The translations under genes were made by a program, and so were the position numbers. The notes under the pieces were generated by a model. That model made no database searches. It saw only the letters and a list, made by a program, of their open reading frames with translations, and was not told where the DNA came from. DNA of 64,000 bases, taken from assembly GCA_029224965.1 (NCBI GenBank), contig JAQXVO010000020.1, positions 67,972-131,971 on the forward strand, in the 5' to 3' direction. This DNA is from Lachnospiraceae bacterium. GTDB taxonomy: Bacteria; Bacillota; Clostridia; Lachnospirales; Lachnospiraceae. The number at the start of each line of letters is the position of its first letter. The stretch's first letter is position 1. This document shows, one piece after another, positions 31,498 through 41,651 of this stretch.

Positions 31498-32148
31498 TTA
31501 TGTCTGGCCATTTTTCCTGGCTTCATCCCTCTTCTCCGCTTCCAATCGTGAGAAGACACAGCCGCAGAAATTCTGCCGGTAGAGGCCGTATTCCCGGGAA
31601 AGCTCCGTGGAACGCTTATAGCCGTTTTTCTTCCGGAACTCCGAAGGGAGATATCTGACTCCGTATTTTTCTGCCATCTCTTCACCGATCCGGTTCAGAA
31701 GGACCGGGTCCTTCATAGGGCTGATGGTCAGGGTCGTTGCGAAGTAATCCAGGCCCAGCTCCTTTGCCTTCTTCGCAGCCTCTTCGAGTCGAAGACGGAA
31801 ACAGATCTCGCAGCGCTCTCCGCCCTCCGGCGCATCCTCATAGCCTTTGACTGCGGCATAATAACGCCCCGGTTCATATTTGCCGGGAAGGAATTTTACC
31901 GGATGGCTGACCGGCATCTCCCGGATCAGACGGTCCAGCTCCTCTTCCCGGTACTCATACTCCGTGGACGGGGAAATGTTCGGATTATAATAAAAATCAG
32001 TTATGGCGAAATACCTGGACAAGTATTCCAGCACATAACTGCTGCAGGGCGCGCAGCAGCTGTGCAGAAGAAGAGTCGGCACAGTTGCTGCTGCAATATT
32101 CTTTTCAATGATCGAATCCAGTTCCTTCTGATAATTCCGCCGGTTCAA
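31498..32148 (-). CDS. queH: epoxyqueuosine reductase QueH
   Basis: LLHSCCAPCS, YYNPNI, RCEICF.LRL, YRQNFCGC; TTG/GTG start approximate. Confidence 0.9.
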   Translation of the reverse strand: MNRRNYQKELDSIIEKNIAAATVPTLLLHSCCAPCSSYVLEYLSRYFAITDFYYNPNISPSTEYEYREEELDRLIREMPVSHPVKFLPGKYEPGRYYAAVKGYEDAPEGGERCEICFRLRLEEAAKKAKELGLDYFATTLTISPMKDPVLLNRIGEEMAEKYGVRYLPSEFRKKNGYKRSTELSREYGLYRQNFCGCVFSRLEAEKRDEARKNGQT

Positions 32149-32150
32149 AG

Positions 32151-32474
32151 TCACTCCTTCTCCTGCCAGAGGGTAAATAATACCAGGGCAAAGGCATAGA
32201 CAAGGCAGATCAGGATTGCAAAAACTGCCTTTCCTGTCACAAAGCCTGCGATCAGCTGGACCAGGATGGCCAGGCCGTGAATATAGACCGGAACCTTGCG
32301 AAGCAGGGCTGCCAGGGCAGTTTCCAGGATGACCAGACATCCGACCGGAACAGCCGGAATATGAAGGGCCGCGATGGAAATGGCAAAGACTGCGATCTCA
32401 AAAGCGGCAAAAATCAGTGTCAGAATAACCGGATTCTTCCCTTTTCGGGAAAGTTCAGAAAATGATGCGGACAT
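32151..32474 (-). CDS. small 4-TM membrane protein
   Basis: GGAGG RBS, hydrophobic helices, stop abuts the queH start. Confidence 0.7.
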   Translation of the reverse strand: MSASFSELSRKGKNPVILTLIFAAFEIAVFAISIAALHIPAVPVGCLVILETALAALLRKVPVYIHGLAILVQLIAGFVTGKAVFAILICLVYAFALVLFTLWQEKE

Positions 32475-32511
32475 AAATAGCACCTCCTCAGGAGCAAATG
32501 GTAACAAAAAA

Positions 32512-32584
32512 AGCTTCGAATCGGATTCGAACCGACGACCCCTTCATTACGAGTGAAGTGCTCTACCAGCTGAGCTATCGAAGC
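32512..32584 (-). tRNA. tRNA-Thr(CGT)
   Basis: GCTTCGA/TCGAAGC acceptor stem; CTTCA-CTCGTAA-TGAAG anticodon arm; GGTTCGAATCC. Confidence 0.95.
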
Positions 32585-32751
32585 AAACAAATGTTATTAT
32601 ATAGAATCAGCTGGTACAATGCAAATATTTTTTCTTCTTTCTGACAGGGCGGAATCCCAGTCCGAAGGCAATCTTTGGTCTCACTTTCTTGATTATAGCA
32701 TGATATGAAGATCTTTTTCTGTTCGATCTGAACCTGCAAATAGGAAAACAT

Positions 32752-33336
32752 TCATGAGATTTCCACGCCTGCGGTACGGAGAAAATTCTCGAGCATCTTC
32801 GGGCCCTCCGGGGTCATGATGGATTCCGGATGAAATTGGAGACCGTAGATTTTCCGATCCCTATCCGCTACCGCCATGACCTCGCCGTCGTCCGCTCTGG
32901 CAATCTCTTTCAGGCCGGCGGGAAGGGAATCCTCCATGACAGCCAGGGAATGATAGCGGCCTACGGTGACCTCTTCGGGCAGGCCTTTAAAAATCGGAGC
33001 GGATAGATCCAGCTTTACCCGGGACTGTTTGCCGTGCATAAGCTCCTTTGCATAGGAAATCTCAGCCCCCTCTGCCTCGCAGATCGCCTGATGGCCCAGG
33101 CAGACGCCAAGCATGGGAATTTTGCCGCCAAGCTCCTTTACGACCTCCTCACAGACACCGGCATCCTTCGGCTTTCCGGGACCGGGAGAAAGGATGATGC
33201 AGTCCGGCTTCATTTCCTCTATTTCAGAGACCGTCTTTTCATTATTGCGGATGACTTCGATGTCCGGGTTCAGGGAACCGATTAATTGGTATAGATTATA
33301 GGAAAAACTGTCATAATTATCGATTAAGAGAATCAT
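32752..33336 (-). CDS. trpG: anthranilate synthase component II (glutamine amidotransferase)
   Basis: IDNYDSF, SPGPG, GVCLGHQ, FHPES; ATGA overlap with trpE. Confidence 0.92.
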   Translation of the reverse strand: MILLIDNYDSFSYNLYQLIGSLNPDIEVIRNNEKTVSEIEEMKPDCIILSPGPGKPKDAGVCEEVVKELGGKIPMLGVCLGHQAICEAEGAEISYAKELMHGKQSRVKLDLSAPIFKGLPEEVTVGRYHSLAVMEDSLPAGLKEIARADDGEVMAVADRDRKIYGLQFHPESIMTPEGPKMLENFLRTAGVEIS

Positions 33337-34802
33337 TCTTCTTCCTCCGCTTTCTTCAGTGCTTCTACAACTGCCTTTGCCTTGTTCCGGCATTCCTCGT
33401 ATTCCTTCTCCGGGACACTGTCTGCGACAATGCCGGCGCCGGACCGGACAAAGACCTTGCCCTTTCTCTTATAGGCCAGGCGGATGGCGATGCAGACATC
33501 CAGATTTCCGGTGAAATCCACATAGCCGATGGCACCGCCGTAAATACCCCGCCGGTCATTTTCCAGCTCATTAATAAGCTCCATGGCCCGGAATTTCGGT
33601 GCTCCGGAAAGAGTTCCTGCCGGCAGAACCGAATCCACGGCATCAATGGCCTTTTTATCATCGCGGAGCTGACCTACGACCTCGGATCCGATATGCATGA
33701 CATGGGAATACTTTTCGACCGCCATATATTTCTCAACCTTGACAGTGCCGAATTTGCAGAGACGGCCCAGGTCGTTTCTGCCCAGATCCACCAGCATGTT
33801 GTGCTCGGCCCTTTCCTTCTCGTCGGAAAGGAGTTCCTTTTCCAGTTTTTCATCCTCTTCATTGTTCCTGCCCCGGGGTCTGGTTCCAGCCAGGGGGAAG
33901 GTCCGGATTTCTCCATTTTCAACCTTGACCAGGGTTTCCGGCGAGGCTCCGGCGATCTCCACATCATCACCGGAAAAATAGAACATATAGGGCGATGGAT
34001 TGGTGGTCCTGAGGATCCGGTAGGTATTTAAAAGGCTGCCCTGGTAGCGGGCCTCCATGGGATTGGAGAAGACCAGCTGGAAGATGTCGCCTTCATGGAT
34101 GTAATGCTTGATCTTCTCGACCTTTTCCGTGAATTCCTCCAGGGAAAGCTTTGGCTTCAGGGGTTCCAGGAGATGGCCTCTTTCGATTTTCTTCGGTTTT
34201 CCTTTGCGGATAATGTCTTCCATCTCATCAAGCTGGAGAAGAGCCTTGTTATAATCGCTTTCCATATCGTCCGTCCGGATATTGACGATAAGAAGGATCT
34301 TCTGGCGGAAATTGTCATAGCAGATCAGCTTGTCGAAAAGCATGAGGTTGACATCATCGAATCTGTTTTCATCCTCTGCATCCAGTTTCAATTCCGGCTC
34401 GCCGTACTGGATATAGTCATAGGAGAAATAACCGACCAGGCCGCCGGTCAGAGTGGGAAGGCCCGGGATGCGGGGCGAACGGTTTTCCCGGATGATCTGC
34501 TTGATATAGATGGCCGGATGCTCTGTCTGCATCTGGATTTTTCCTCCGGCATTGACAGTCAGGAGATGATCCTTGCAGGATATCTCCATGGTCGGATCAA
34601 AGCCGAGAAAGGTATAGCGGCCCCACTGACGGCTGTCCTCGACGCTCTCTAAGAGGAAGCAGTGGCTGCTGACATTCTGAAGGGCTCTAAGGGTTTCCAC
34701 CGGTGTCCGGATGTCTGAAAGAATCTCCCGGGTCACGGGAATCCGTTTGTAATCCCCGGAGGCTGCTATTTTCTGTACTTCCTCGAATGATGTCTGCTTC
34801 AT
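33333..34802 (-). CDS. trpE: anthranilate synthase component I
   Basis: LLES and NPSPYM Trp-feedback motifs, EHNMLVDLGRND, PAGTLSGAPK; Trp T-box upstream. Confidence 0.93.
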   Translation of the reverse strand: MKQTSFEEVQKIAASGDYKRIPVTREILSDIRTPVETLRALQNVSSHCFLLESVEDSRQWGRYTFLGFDPTMEISCKDHLLTVNAGGKIQMQTEHPAIYIKQIIRENRSPRIPGLPTLTGGLVGYFSYDYIQYGEPELKLDAEDENRFDDVNLMLFDKLICYDNFRQKILLIVNIRTDDMESDYNKALLQLDEMEDIIRKGKPKKIERGHLLEPLKPKLSLEEFTEKVEKIKHYIHEGDIFQLVFSNPMEARYQGSLLNTYRILRTTNPSPYMFYFSGDDVEIAGASPETLVKVENGEIRTFPLAGTRPRGRNNEEDEKLEKELLSDEKERAEHNMLVDLGRNDLGRLCKFGTVKVEKYMAVEKYSHVMHIGSEVVGQLRDDKKAIDAVDSVLPAGTLSGAPKFRAMELINELENDRRGIYGGAIGYVDFTGNLDVCIAIRLAYKRKGKVFVRSGAGIVADSVPEKEYEECRNKAKAVVEALKKAEEEE

Positions 34803-34854
34803 TTCATGCTCCTTTCCTTTCGCCTTCTGATCCTCCTTCTCTGCCGGAAGAGCA

Positions 34855-35222
34855 ATAAAAAACCGCCCCGGCAGAAAGAATACAGTCTTTCTGTCAAGGG
34901 CGGGTTCTGAAAATTCCGATACCCGTGGTGCCACCTTGCATTTGTGTCTCCACACTCTCATGAGATACCAGCATATCTCTGGCAGCTAACGTGTGCCTTA
35001 CGTCAGAAGCTACTGGTCAACGGATTATGAGTCCTTTGATTTAAATTCTATGATTTCAAGTCCTGCGGTCTCAAACTCCATAAATTCAAACCATGCGAAT
35101 TCAGATCTTATGATGTTCACCCTGCCCTCAGTGGTCCATTTGCGAATCAGCGTTCTGCCCGGCTCTCATCTTCCCGGACTCTCTGTGAGTGCCCTATTCG
35201 TTTCATCTCCACTTCAACGGTT
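34855..35222 (-). ncRNA. T-box riboswitch with Trp specifier
   Basis: Stem I with AGAGA and GATGAG motifs; specifier UGG at 35138-35136; AGUA in stem II; T-box AAGGTGGCACCACG (34937-34924); terminator ending CGGTTTTTT. Confidence 0.92.
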
Positions 35223-35401
35223 TAATCTATTAAATTATGAATTATTAAAGCACCTTTTAAAAAAACTGTCAAGAAGGATGACCGGAAAAAATTTTATATT
35301 TTCTTTATGGTCTTTCGAAAGAATTCAGAATGCTTGTCTTGTAGTTTGTCTCCCGGGCTGATAAAGTTTTCTTACAGGCAGCGGACCAGGAAAGGCCGCA
35401 T

Positions 35402-36310
35402 ATGAAAAGCAATGCACGCTTAAGCTACCCGGAATTTAAAGAAATCGTTCTATCGGAACTGAAGCTCCGCTTTCCCGAGGCATCGATTGAGAGTCATTCG
35501 ATCGTAAAAAATAACGATACCTATCTGGATGGCATCTATTTGAAGCGACCGAGCGGGAATATCGCTCCCCAGGTCTACCTCAACCATTTCTATGAGGATT
35601 ATGAAAATGAGGCCGCCGGTCTCAATGAAATCATCACGGACATTTCATCTGTTTTCATTGAAAACCGGCCGGTTCCTGATGTGGATCCGGAATTTCTATC
35701 GGATTTTTCGGCCATCCAGGACCGGATTGTCTTCGATCTTGTCAGTCTGCCGAGGAATCACGATTTTCTTTCGGATCTGCCCTATATTTCCTATCTGGAT
35801 CTGGCCATCGTCTTCCGGGTCCTGATCCATGCCGATGATAACGGCAGATCCAGTATTCTCATCCATAATTACCACCTGGAGGACTGGGAGGTCAGTAAGG
35901 AAGTCCTTCTCGATCAGGCAAGGCAGAACACGCCAAGGCTACTCCCGGCATCCATCGAGTCCATTACGGATGTCCTCGGAGATCTCACATCGGAGGAAAT
36001 CATGGAGCCCTCTGATTACACGCCTATGTATGTCCTCTCCAACCAGTGCCGGCTGAACGGGGCCGCCTGCATGCTCTATCCCCATCTTCTGGAAAATTTC
36101 TCGAGAGAAAAGGGCATGGACTTCTATATCATTCCCTCCAGTATTCATGAGGTTCTTCTGGTTCCTGCAGCCCTGTCTGGCGGACCGGAGGAGCTGAATG
36201 CCATGGTTCAGGAAGTCAATGCCACAGAACTTTCCGAGGATGAGATCCTGTCCGAGCACGTCTATTATTTTTCCGGACAGAGAAATGCCGTATCGGCCAG
36301 CGAAGGCTAG
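35402..36310 (+). CDS. DUF5688-like protein
   Basis: KNND, YLDLAIVF, MYVLSN...GAA, YIIPSSIHEVLLVP, LSEHVYYF. Confidence 0.8.
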   Translation: MKSNARLSYPEFKEIVLSELKLRFPEASIESHSIVKNNDTYLDGIYLKRPSGNIAPQVYLNHFYEDYENEAAGLNEIITDISSVFIENRPVPDVDPEFLSDFSAIQDRIVFDLVSLPRNHDFLSDLPYISYLDLAIVFRVLIHADDNGRSSILIHNYHLEDWEVSKEVLLDQARQNTPRLLPASIESITDVLGDLTSEEIMEPSDYTPMYVLSNQCRLNGAACMLYPHLLENFSREKGMDFYIIPSSIHEVLLVPAALSGGPEELNAMVQEVNATELSEDEILSEHVYYFSGQRNAVSASEG

Positions 36311-36444
36311 GAAAAGGATAAAAAAGCAGCTGCCGAGGGGATCCGCCGTCTTCTTCCCTCTACCAAGTGCAGGGAGAAGCAGGCAGATCCGTACGGCAGC
36401 TGTTTATTCAGTTTATTTTTCTATTTTTCAGGAAAAACCTGGCC

Positions 36445-37662
36445 TTACTGAATTCCGGTATCATTCTTGTACTGCTGCTGAAGCTCCTGGGCAACGCGGG
36501 CAGCCGCATCCTCGATCTCCTCTTCGGAGTACTTCTCGGTGGGATCAGCTTCCAGCTCATTTCCGTCCTTATCGACTTTCTTTTCCTCTGTCTGCTCGGG
36601 CAGATTGCCGTTTTCATCCAAATGCTTTTTTGCATTTTCCAGAGAGCCGTATTCCTTCTCTACCTCTTCTGCCTTTCCTTTCAGGAAAGCCATATAGCGC
36701 TGGAAGGTGTCAACCACTTCATCTGTGTAGCAGGCGAAAACAACTCTCATGCCATAATCCTTGTTCTCATCCAGCCATTTGGTCACCATGGTAACTGCGA
36801 TCGGAACTGCCTCTTCCAGGGGGAAGGAGGACAGGCCTGTCGAGATGGCCGGAAAAGCGATCGAATGAATCTCATACTTCTTTGCCAGATTCAGACAGTT
36901 GGTATAGCAGTCTCTCAGGGCCTGGCGGTCCTCTTCGGTAACCTCACCGAATCTGGTTCCCGGTGCTACGGTCGGTCCGACGGTGTGAATAATATAATTG
37001 CAGTGGAGATCATAGCCCGGAGTGATCTTCGCTTCGGAAACCTTGCAGCTTTCCAGATGATCCAGGGCCTCATCGATGCCTTCGCCGGCGGCCTCATAAA
37101 TAGCATGATCCTCTCCTTTTCCGTCATCATTGAAAAGGGGATCTGCAGAGTTTACGATGCAGCTGATGCCGAGCTTTGTAATATCACCCTTATAGAAGAC
37201 AATGCCTGCCTGCTTGAGATTCAGCTCCTGGTCAGAATCCAGAATGGCCTTGACCGCATTTTTCTCAATACCAAAGGGATTGGTGAAGGGATCAATGACG
37301 ATTCCGCGAAGCTCCTTCATATCCATCAAACGATGGAAAACGGTCTTTATAGGCATGGCAATGACGGGCTGGCGCTTGCCAAGCTTTTCCTCTGCGGGAC
37401 GGATGGATTCGGGTTCGGTAAAGGCGGGAAGCATCTTTTCTCCATTGGGATTTTCTAAAAGGCGGAAGAAAATTGACTGTTCTCCGGGCTTGTCCGGATT
37501 CGGCTGCATGTCTATCGGAAGAAGAAAATCCGATCCCTCGTGGCACTGCTTTAAAAGTGCACTTAAGGCTGTATTCCAGTTTTCTCTGTTATGTTCCTTA
37601 TTATCGATAATGATGGCATCCCGGATGCACTGATTGCTTTGATACTTGTCTGTCTCTTTCAT
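36445..37662 (-). CDS. SseB-like N-terminal domain fused to a degenerate macro (ADP-ribose-binding) domain, acidic tail
   Basis: LPAFT...GIVIDPF (SseB-like); GDIT, IIHTVGP, SIAFPAISTG (macro). Confidence 0.82.
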   Translation of the reverse strand: MKETDKYQSNQCIRDAIIIDNKEHNRENWNTALSALLKQCHEGSDFLLPIDMQPNPDKPGEQSIFFRLLENPNGEKMLPAFTEPESIRPAEEKLGKRQPVIAMPIKTVFHRLMDMKELRGIVIDPFTNPFGIEKNAVKAILDSDQELNLKQAGIVFYKGDITKLGISCIVNSADPLFNDDGKGEDHAIYEAAGEGIDEALDHLESCKVSEAKITPGYDLHCNYIIHTVGPTVAPGTRFGEVTEEDRQALRDCYTNCLNLAKKYEIHSIAFPAISTGLSSFPLEEAVPIAVTMVTKWLDENKDYGMRVVFACYTDEVVDTFQRYMAFLKGKAEEVEKEYGSLENAKKHLDENGNLPEQTEEKKVDKDGNELEADPTEKYSEEEIEDAAARVAQELQQQYKNDTGIQ

Positions 37663-37682
37663 TTCTTCTTCCTTTTCTTGTC

Positions 37683-38360
37683 TTATTCCTCTTCTGCTTT
37701 CAATAATTCAAAGGTACTTTTCTGATAACGGATCAGGCCTTCTTTCTGCATTTTACTGAGCTCCGCGGAGAGAGCACTGCGGTCGACCGAGAGATAGTCG
37801 GCCAGCTGCTGGCGGTTAAAGGGGATGTCGAAGACTTCCTTTCCTGATTTCTTCCGGATCTCGGAAAGATAGCTCAGGATTTTCTCCCGCGTGGTCCGCT
37901 TGCTTAAGTGACGGAGCTTTCCGGTCAGGCGTCGGTTCTTTTCCGCCATGATCATAAATAGATTCTGAATCAGGGTGTTGTGATAGCTGCAGGACTTACT
38001 GCAGACTGTCATCAGATCACGGCTGTCCATAAAAAGCACATCGGTATCTTCTGCCGCAACAATATAATTCAGAAGCGGTTCCTCATCCGATGCGGCATAG
38101 GCTTCTCCGAAAATATCCGGTGCCTCGATTTTCTGCATGATACTGCGGTTTCCCCAGTAGTCTTCGCTTTCTACAATGATGGATCCCTTCAGTAAAAGGG
38201 CGAACTCCTTCAGGCTTTCCCCCTCGTTAAAGATGGTCTCGCCTTTGTTAAAATGCTTCTTTTTTCCCTTGAGGCAACCCATCATGATTTCTATTTCTTC
38301 GGGCTTTACCCCCTCGAAAAGCGGAGAAGACGCCGCCTCTTCCAGTCCTTCTCTTGTCAT
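37683..38360 (-). CDS. Crp/Fnr-family transcriptional regulator
   Basis: cNMP-binding fold (IFGEAYA); HTH NRQQLADYLSVDRSALSAEL. Confidence 0.9.
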   Translation of the reverse strand: MTREGLEEAASSPLFEGVKPEEIEIMMGCLKGKKKHFNKGETIFNEGESLKEFALLLKGSIIVESEDYWGNRSIMQKIEAPDIFGEAYAASDEEPLLNYIVAAEDTDVLFMDSRDLMTVCSKSCSYHNTLIQNLFMIMAEKNRRLTGKLRHLSKRTTREKILSYLSEIRKKSGKEVFDIPFNRQQLADYLSVDRSALSAELSKMQKEGLIRYQKSTFELLKAEEE

Positions 38361-38361
38361 C

Positions 38362-40059
38362 TTACTTCCTCAGTTTTTCCTTGGTTTTCCCGGCCAGATC
38401 CAGCATCTCAGCCGCATTCTTCCTTACGGTATCCGTAATCTCGGTTCCGCCGAGCATACGGGACAGCTCGTCGATTTCTTCCTCATGTTCAAGGCTTCGG
38501 ATGGAGGAAACAGTTCTCTCCTTCTCCACCTTCTTCTCCACAAGGAAATGGCGGTCCGCAAAGGATGCGATCTGGGGCAGATGGGTAATACAGATTACCT
38601 GATGCCTGCCCGCCAGCTCCGACAGCTTCTCGGAAACCTTCTGGGCTGTCCGTCCGGAAATACCGGTATCAATTTCATCAAAAATCAGGCTGTCGATATG
38701 ATCCTCTTCGGCAAGGACCGTTTTGATGGCCAGCATGATTCTCGAAAGCTCGCCTCCGGACGCCGTATCCTTTAAGGGACGAAGGGGTTCTCCGGGATTC
38801 ATGGAAATATAGAACTCGGCGTCATCCTGTCCGTTCGCCGACCAGGTCTTCAACGGCTGGAATTTCATCGTAAAACGGGAGTCCAGAAAATTCAAGTCCC
38901 GGAGTGCTTTGGTCACCTGACGGCTTAGATCCTCCGCTGCCTTCTGTCTCTCAGCTGAAAGTCTGTTCGAAGCTTTTTCCAGTGTATCCTGTGCCTTTTC
39001 ACAGCGTCTGGACAGATCCGAAAGATAGGCATCGTAATCCGCCAGTTCCTCCATGCGTTTCTTCTTGTCTTCCAGAGCCTGGTTTATAATTTCGATGGTA
39101 TTGCCGTAAAGCATCTTCAGATGATTGATGAGATCCAGCCGTTCCTCGGTCTTCTGAAAGTCTTCCGGATCAAATTCCATGGACTCCTCATAGTCTGTAA
39201 GATCCCGACTGAAATCAGAAAGCAGGCTGTCGATGTCGGACAGGCTGGACTGGAGACTGCCGAGGCCCTCCGGATCATAGGAAAGAAGGGCATTGAGTTC
39301 ACCCAAAGCCTCTCCGACCAGATCCGATGCCGCCCGGTCCTCGGTCACCAGGGCTTCCGCCCGATGCAGTCCCTCGGCGATCTTCTCACTGTTTTTCATT
39401 CGACGGTAGTGGTCCTCCAGACTTTCGTCCTCGCCCGGCTTTAAATCCGCTTCCTCGATTTCCTGAATCTCATGCTCCAGGTAGGAGGCTTCCCGGACCC
39501 GGTCCGATTCATCCATGCGGGCATGGTCCAGTTCGGCAAAAGCCTTCTGATAGACCTGATAGGCCTCCCTGACCTTCTCCTTCAGTTCGTCAAATTTCTT
39601 ATTGACCGTGGAGGCATACTGGTCCAGAAGCTCCAGCTGTTTCTTCTTGTTCTGCAGAGACTGATGCTCATGCTGGCCATAGATATCGAGAAGAAGGCTT
39701 CCGACCTTCGAAAGCTTAACTGACGGCACGCCTTCTCCGTTGATTCTGGCCACAGTCCGGTTTCCACTGATCTTCCGGGTCAGAATGACCTGGCTGTCAT
39801 AGGGCTCTACCTCCATGGCACGAAGTTCTTCTGCTTCCTCCGGGGTTTCCACAGAGAAGACGGCCTCTGCCAGGGCAGGCTTCCCCGGATCCCTCACCAT
39901 ATCATGATCAGCCCTGCCACCCAGAGCCAGACCCAGTGCTCCAAGGAGAATGGACTTGCCGGCTCCGGTCTCACCGGTCAGGATATTGAGTCCCGGTCCG
40001 AATTCAATCTCTTCATGAGAGATCAGTGCCAGATTATCTACTGTAAGACTCAGTAACAT
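38362..40059 (-). CDS. recN: DNA repair protein RecN
   Basis: GETGAGKS, ASGGE, FDEIDTGISG, ITHLPQ. Confidence 0.96.
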   Translation of the reverse strand: MLLSLTVDNLALISHEEIEFGPGLNILTGETGAGKSILLGALGLALGGRADHDMVRDPGKPALAEAVFSVETPEEAEELRAMEVEPYDSQVILTRKISGNRTVARINGEGVPSVKLSKVGSLLLDIYGQHEHQSLQNKKKQLELLDQYASTVNKKFDELKEKVREAYQVYQKAFAELDHARMDESDRVREASYLEHEIQEIEEADLKPGEDESLEDHYRRMKNSEKIAEGLHRAEALVTEDRAASDLVGEALGELNALLSYDPEGLGSLQSSLSDIDSLLSDFSRDLTDYEESMEFDPEDFQKTEERLDLINHLKMLYGNTIEIINQALEDKKKRMEELADYDAYLSDLSRRCEKAQDTLEKASNRLSAERQKAAEDLSRQVTKALRDLNFLDSRFTMKFQPLKTWSANGQDDAEFYISMNPGEPLRPLKDTASGGELSRIMLAIKTVLAEEDHIDSLIFDEIDTGISGRTAQKVSEKLSELAGRHQVICITHLPQIASFADRHFLVEKKVEKERTVSSIRSLEHEEEIDELSRMLGGTEITDTVRKNAAEMLDLAGKTKEKLRK

Positions 40060-40225
40060 AGAACTCCTTCCACTCTCTTCTTATCCCCTCGCATACAGGA
40101 TCCCCATTCCTGTCTTTCCGATATTGCACGCTCTGCAGAATGTCCTGGTTCCGGATCTCCATCGAAGAAATCGATTTTCACCGTTTCTTCCGCTCACTTT
40201 CAATGAGATCCACGCTCAAAAATCT

Positions 40226-40693
40226 CTACTTGGCTTCCTCAAGGACTCTAGAAAGCCGGGTCATGACCGTTGCCGTATCGTCCAAAGAACGGATGGCACA
40301 CATAATGGTATCGTCTCCGGCAATGGATCCGACGATCTCCGGAAAATCCAGATGATCCAGGGCGGCCGCCACGGCCATGGCCATGCCGGAAACCGTCCGG
40401 ATAACCAGGATATTCTGGGCATTGTCCATGGAAAGATAGCCCTCTCGGAAAATATGGACATATTTTTCAGTCAGATCCTCCGTCGTCTCCTGATAGGCCA
40501 CATAGCGGAGCCGTCCGTCGGACAGGGCCACTTTGGTCAGTTTCATTTCCCGGATGTCTCTGGAAACAGTTGCCTGGGTGGTCTTAAAACCGGCCTTTTC
40601 CAGTTCATCCGCCAGCTCCTCCTGGGTTCCGATCTCCTTTTTCATAATGAGGTCCAGGATTTTGTTCTGTCTTTCCGTCTTCGATATGGACAT
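40226..40693 (-). CDS. argR: arginine repressor
   Basis: TQATVSRD, GSIAGDDT. Confidence 0.95.
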   Translation of the reverse strand: MSISKTERQNKILDLIMKKEIGTQEELADELEKAGFKTTQATVSRDIREMKLTKVALSDGRLRYVAYQETTEDLTEKYVHIFREGYLSMDNAQNILVIRTVSGMAMAVAAALDHLDFPEIVGSIAGDDTIMCAIRSLDDTATVMTRLSRVLEEAK

Positions 40694-40797
40694 GGTCTTC
40701 TCCTGTTCTTGTAGAAGGATTTTCAGGTCACTCAATCTTCAGCCGGCCAATCCCTTATGTCCGGATCGCTGTCTGGATTACTCTGAATCAATGGATG

Positions 40798-41646
40798 TCA
40801 GCTTTCCCGCAGTTTTACAGATATCCGCTCCAGGAAATTCAGGTGGCTGAGCCGGATCATACGGGTAATCCGGTCGGATTTCTTTACAATGACCTTGTCA
40901 CCCCGCCGCATTTCCATCCGGTGAAAGCCGTCAAAGGCCACCGTTGCGCACTCGTTAACGTCATCGTGTCTGGTGCCGAGCTCCACGGTGAGTTCGTCAT
41001 CCGAATCGATCACGATAGCTCTGGAATTCAGGGTATGGGGATTCAAGGGATTTAAAAGAATTACCCTGGTTTTCGGATCCACAATGGGTCCGTTCGCCGA
41101 CAGATTATAGGCGGTGGATCCGGTCGGCGTGGACAGAATCATGCCGTCGCAGTTATAGCTGTAAAGAAGGTTTCCATTAATATAGACCGTCAGGTTGATG
41201 AGGTTCAGGCCGTCCGCCGCTGTAATGACGATATCGTTCAGGGCCGCATTCCGGGAGGAAGGATTTCCATCCATGACGCCTTCGAGCATCATCCGGTCCT
41301 CCACCTCGTATTCATCGGCCATCAGATGATCAATGGCCTCCGGCACCTCATAGTCTGCCAGCTCACAGAGATAGCCCAGATGGCCCCGGTTGATGCCAAT
41401 CAAAGGGTATTCCCGGCTTCCGATACTCTGGGCAGCCCGGACCAGGGTGCCGTCACCGCCGACCGAAATCACGCATTCCGTATCTTTGGGGAAGGGGAGA
41501 TGCAGAGGCTGTCTTCCTGCGGTGTCTTCAATATAGAGAAAATGAGCGGCTGTCCCGCCCTTCCGCCGGATCTGGTCTTCCATATCCCGGATCAGGCCGG
41601 TGTTCCGCTCATTCATATTCCTGGTAACAATAAAAAAATGTTTCAT
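40798..41646 (-). CDS. nadK: NAD kinase
   Basis: GGDGT, LND, TPTGSTAYNLSANGP. Confidence 0.95.
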   Translation of the reverse strand: MKHFFIVTRNMNERNTGLIRDMEDQIRRKGGTAAHFLYIEDTAGRQPLHLPFPKDTECVISVGGDGTLVRAAQSIGSREYPLIGINRGHLGYLCELADYEVPEAIDHLMADEYEVEDRMMLEGVMDGNPSSRNAALNDIVITAADGLNLINLTVYINGNLLYSYNCDGMILSTPTGSTAYNLSANGPIVDPKTRVILLNPLNPHTLNSRAIVIDSDDELTVELGTRHDDVNECATVAFDGFHRMEMRRGDKVIVKKSDRITRMIRLSHLNFLERISVKLRES

Positions 41647-41651
41647 AGTAT

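Noticed and set aside
32512-32584. tRNA-Thr and tRNA-Arg as island integration sites
   Set aside because: No integrase and no duplicated tRNA 3' end were seen.
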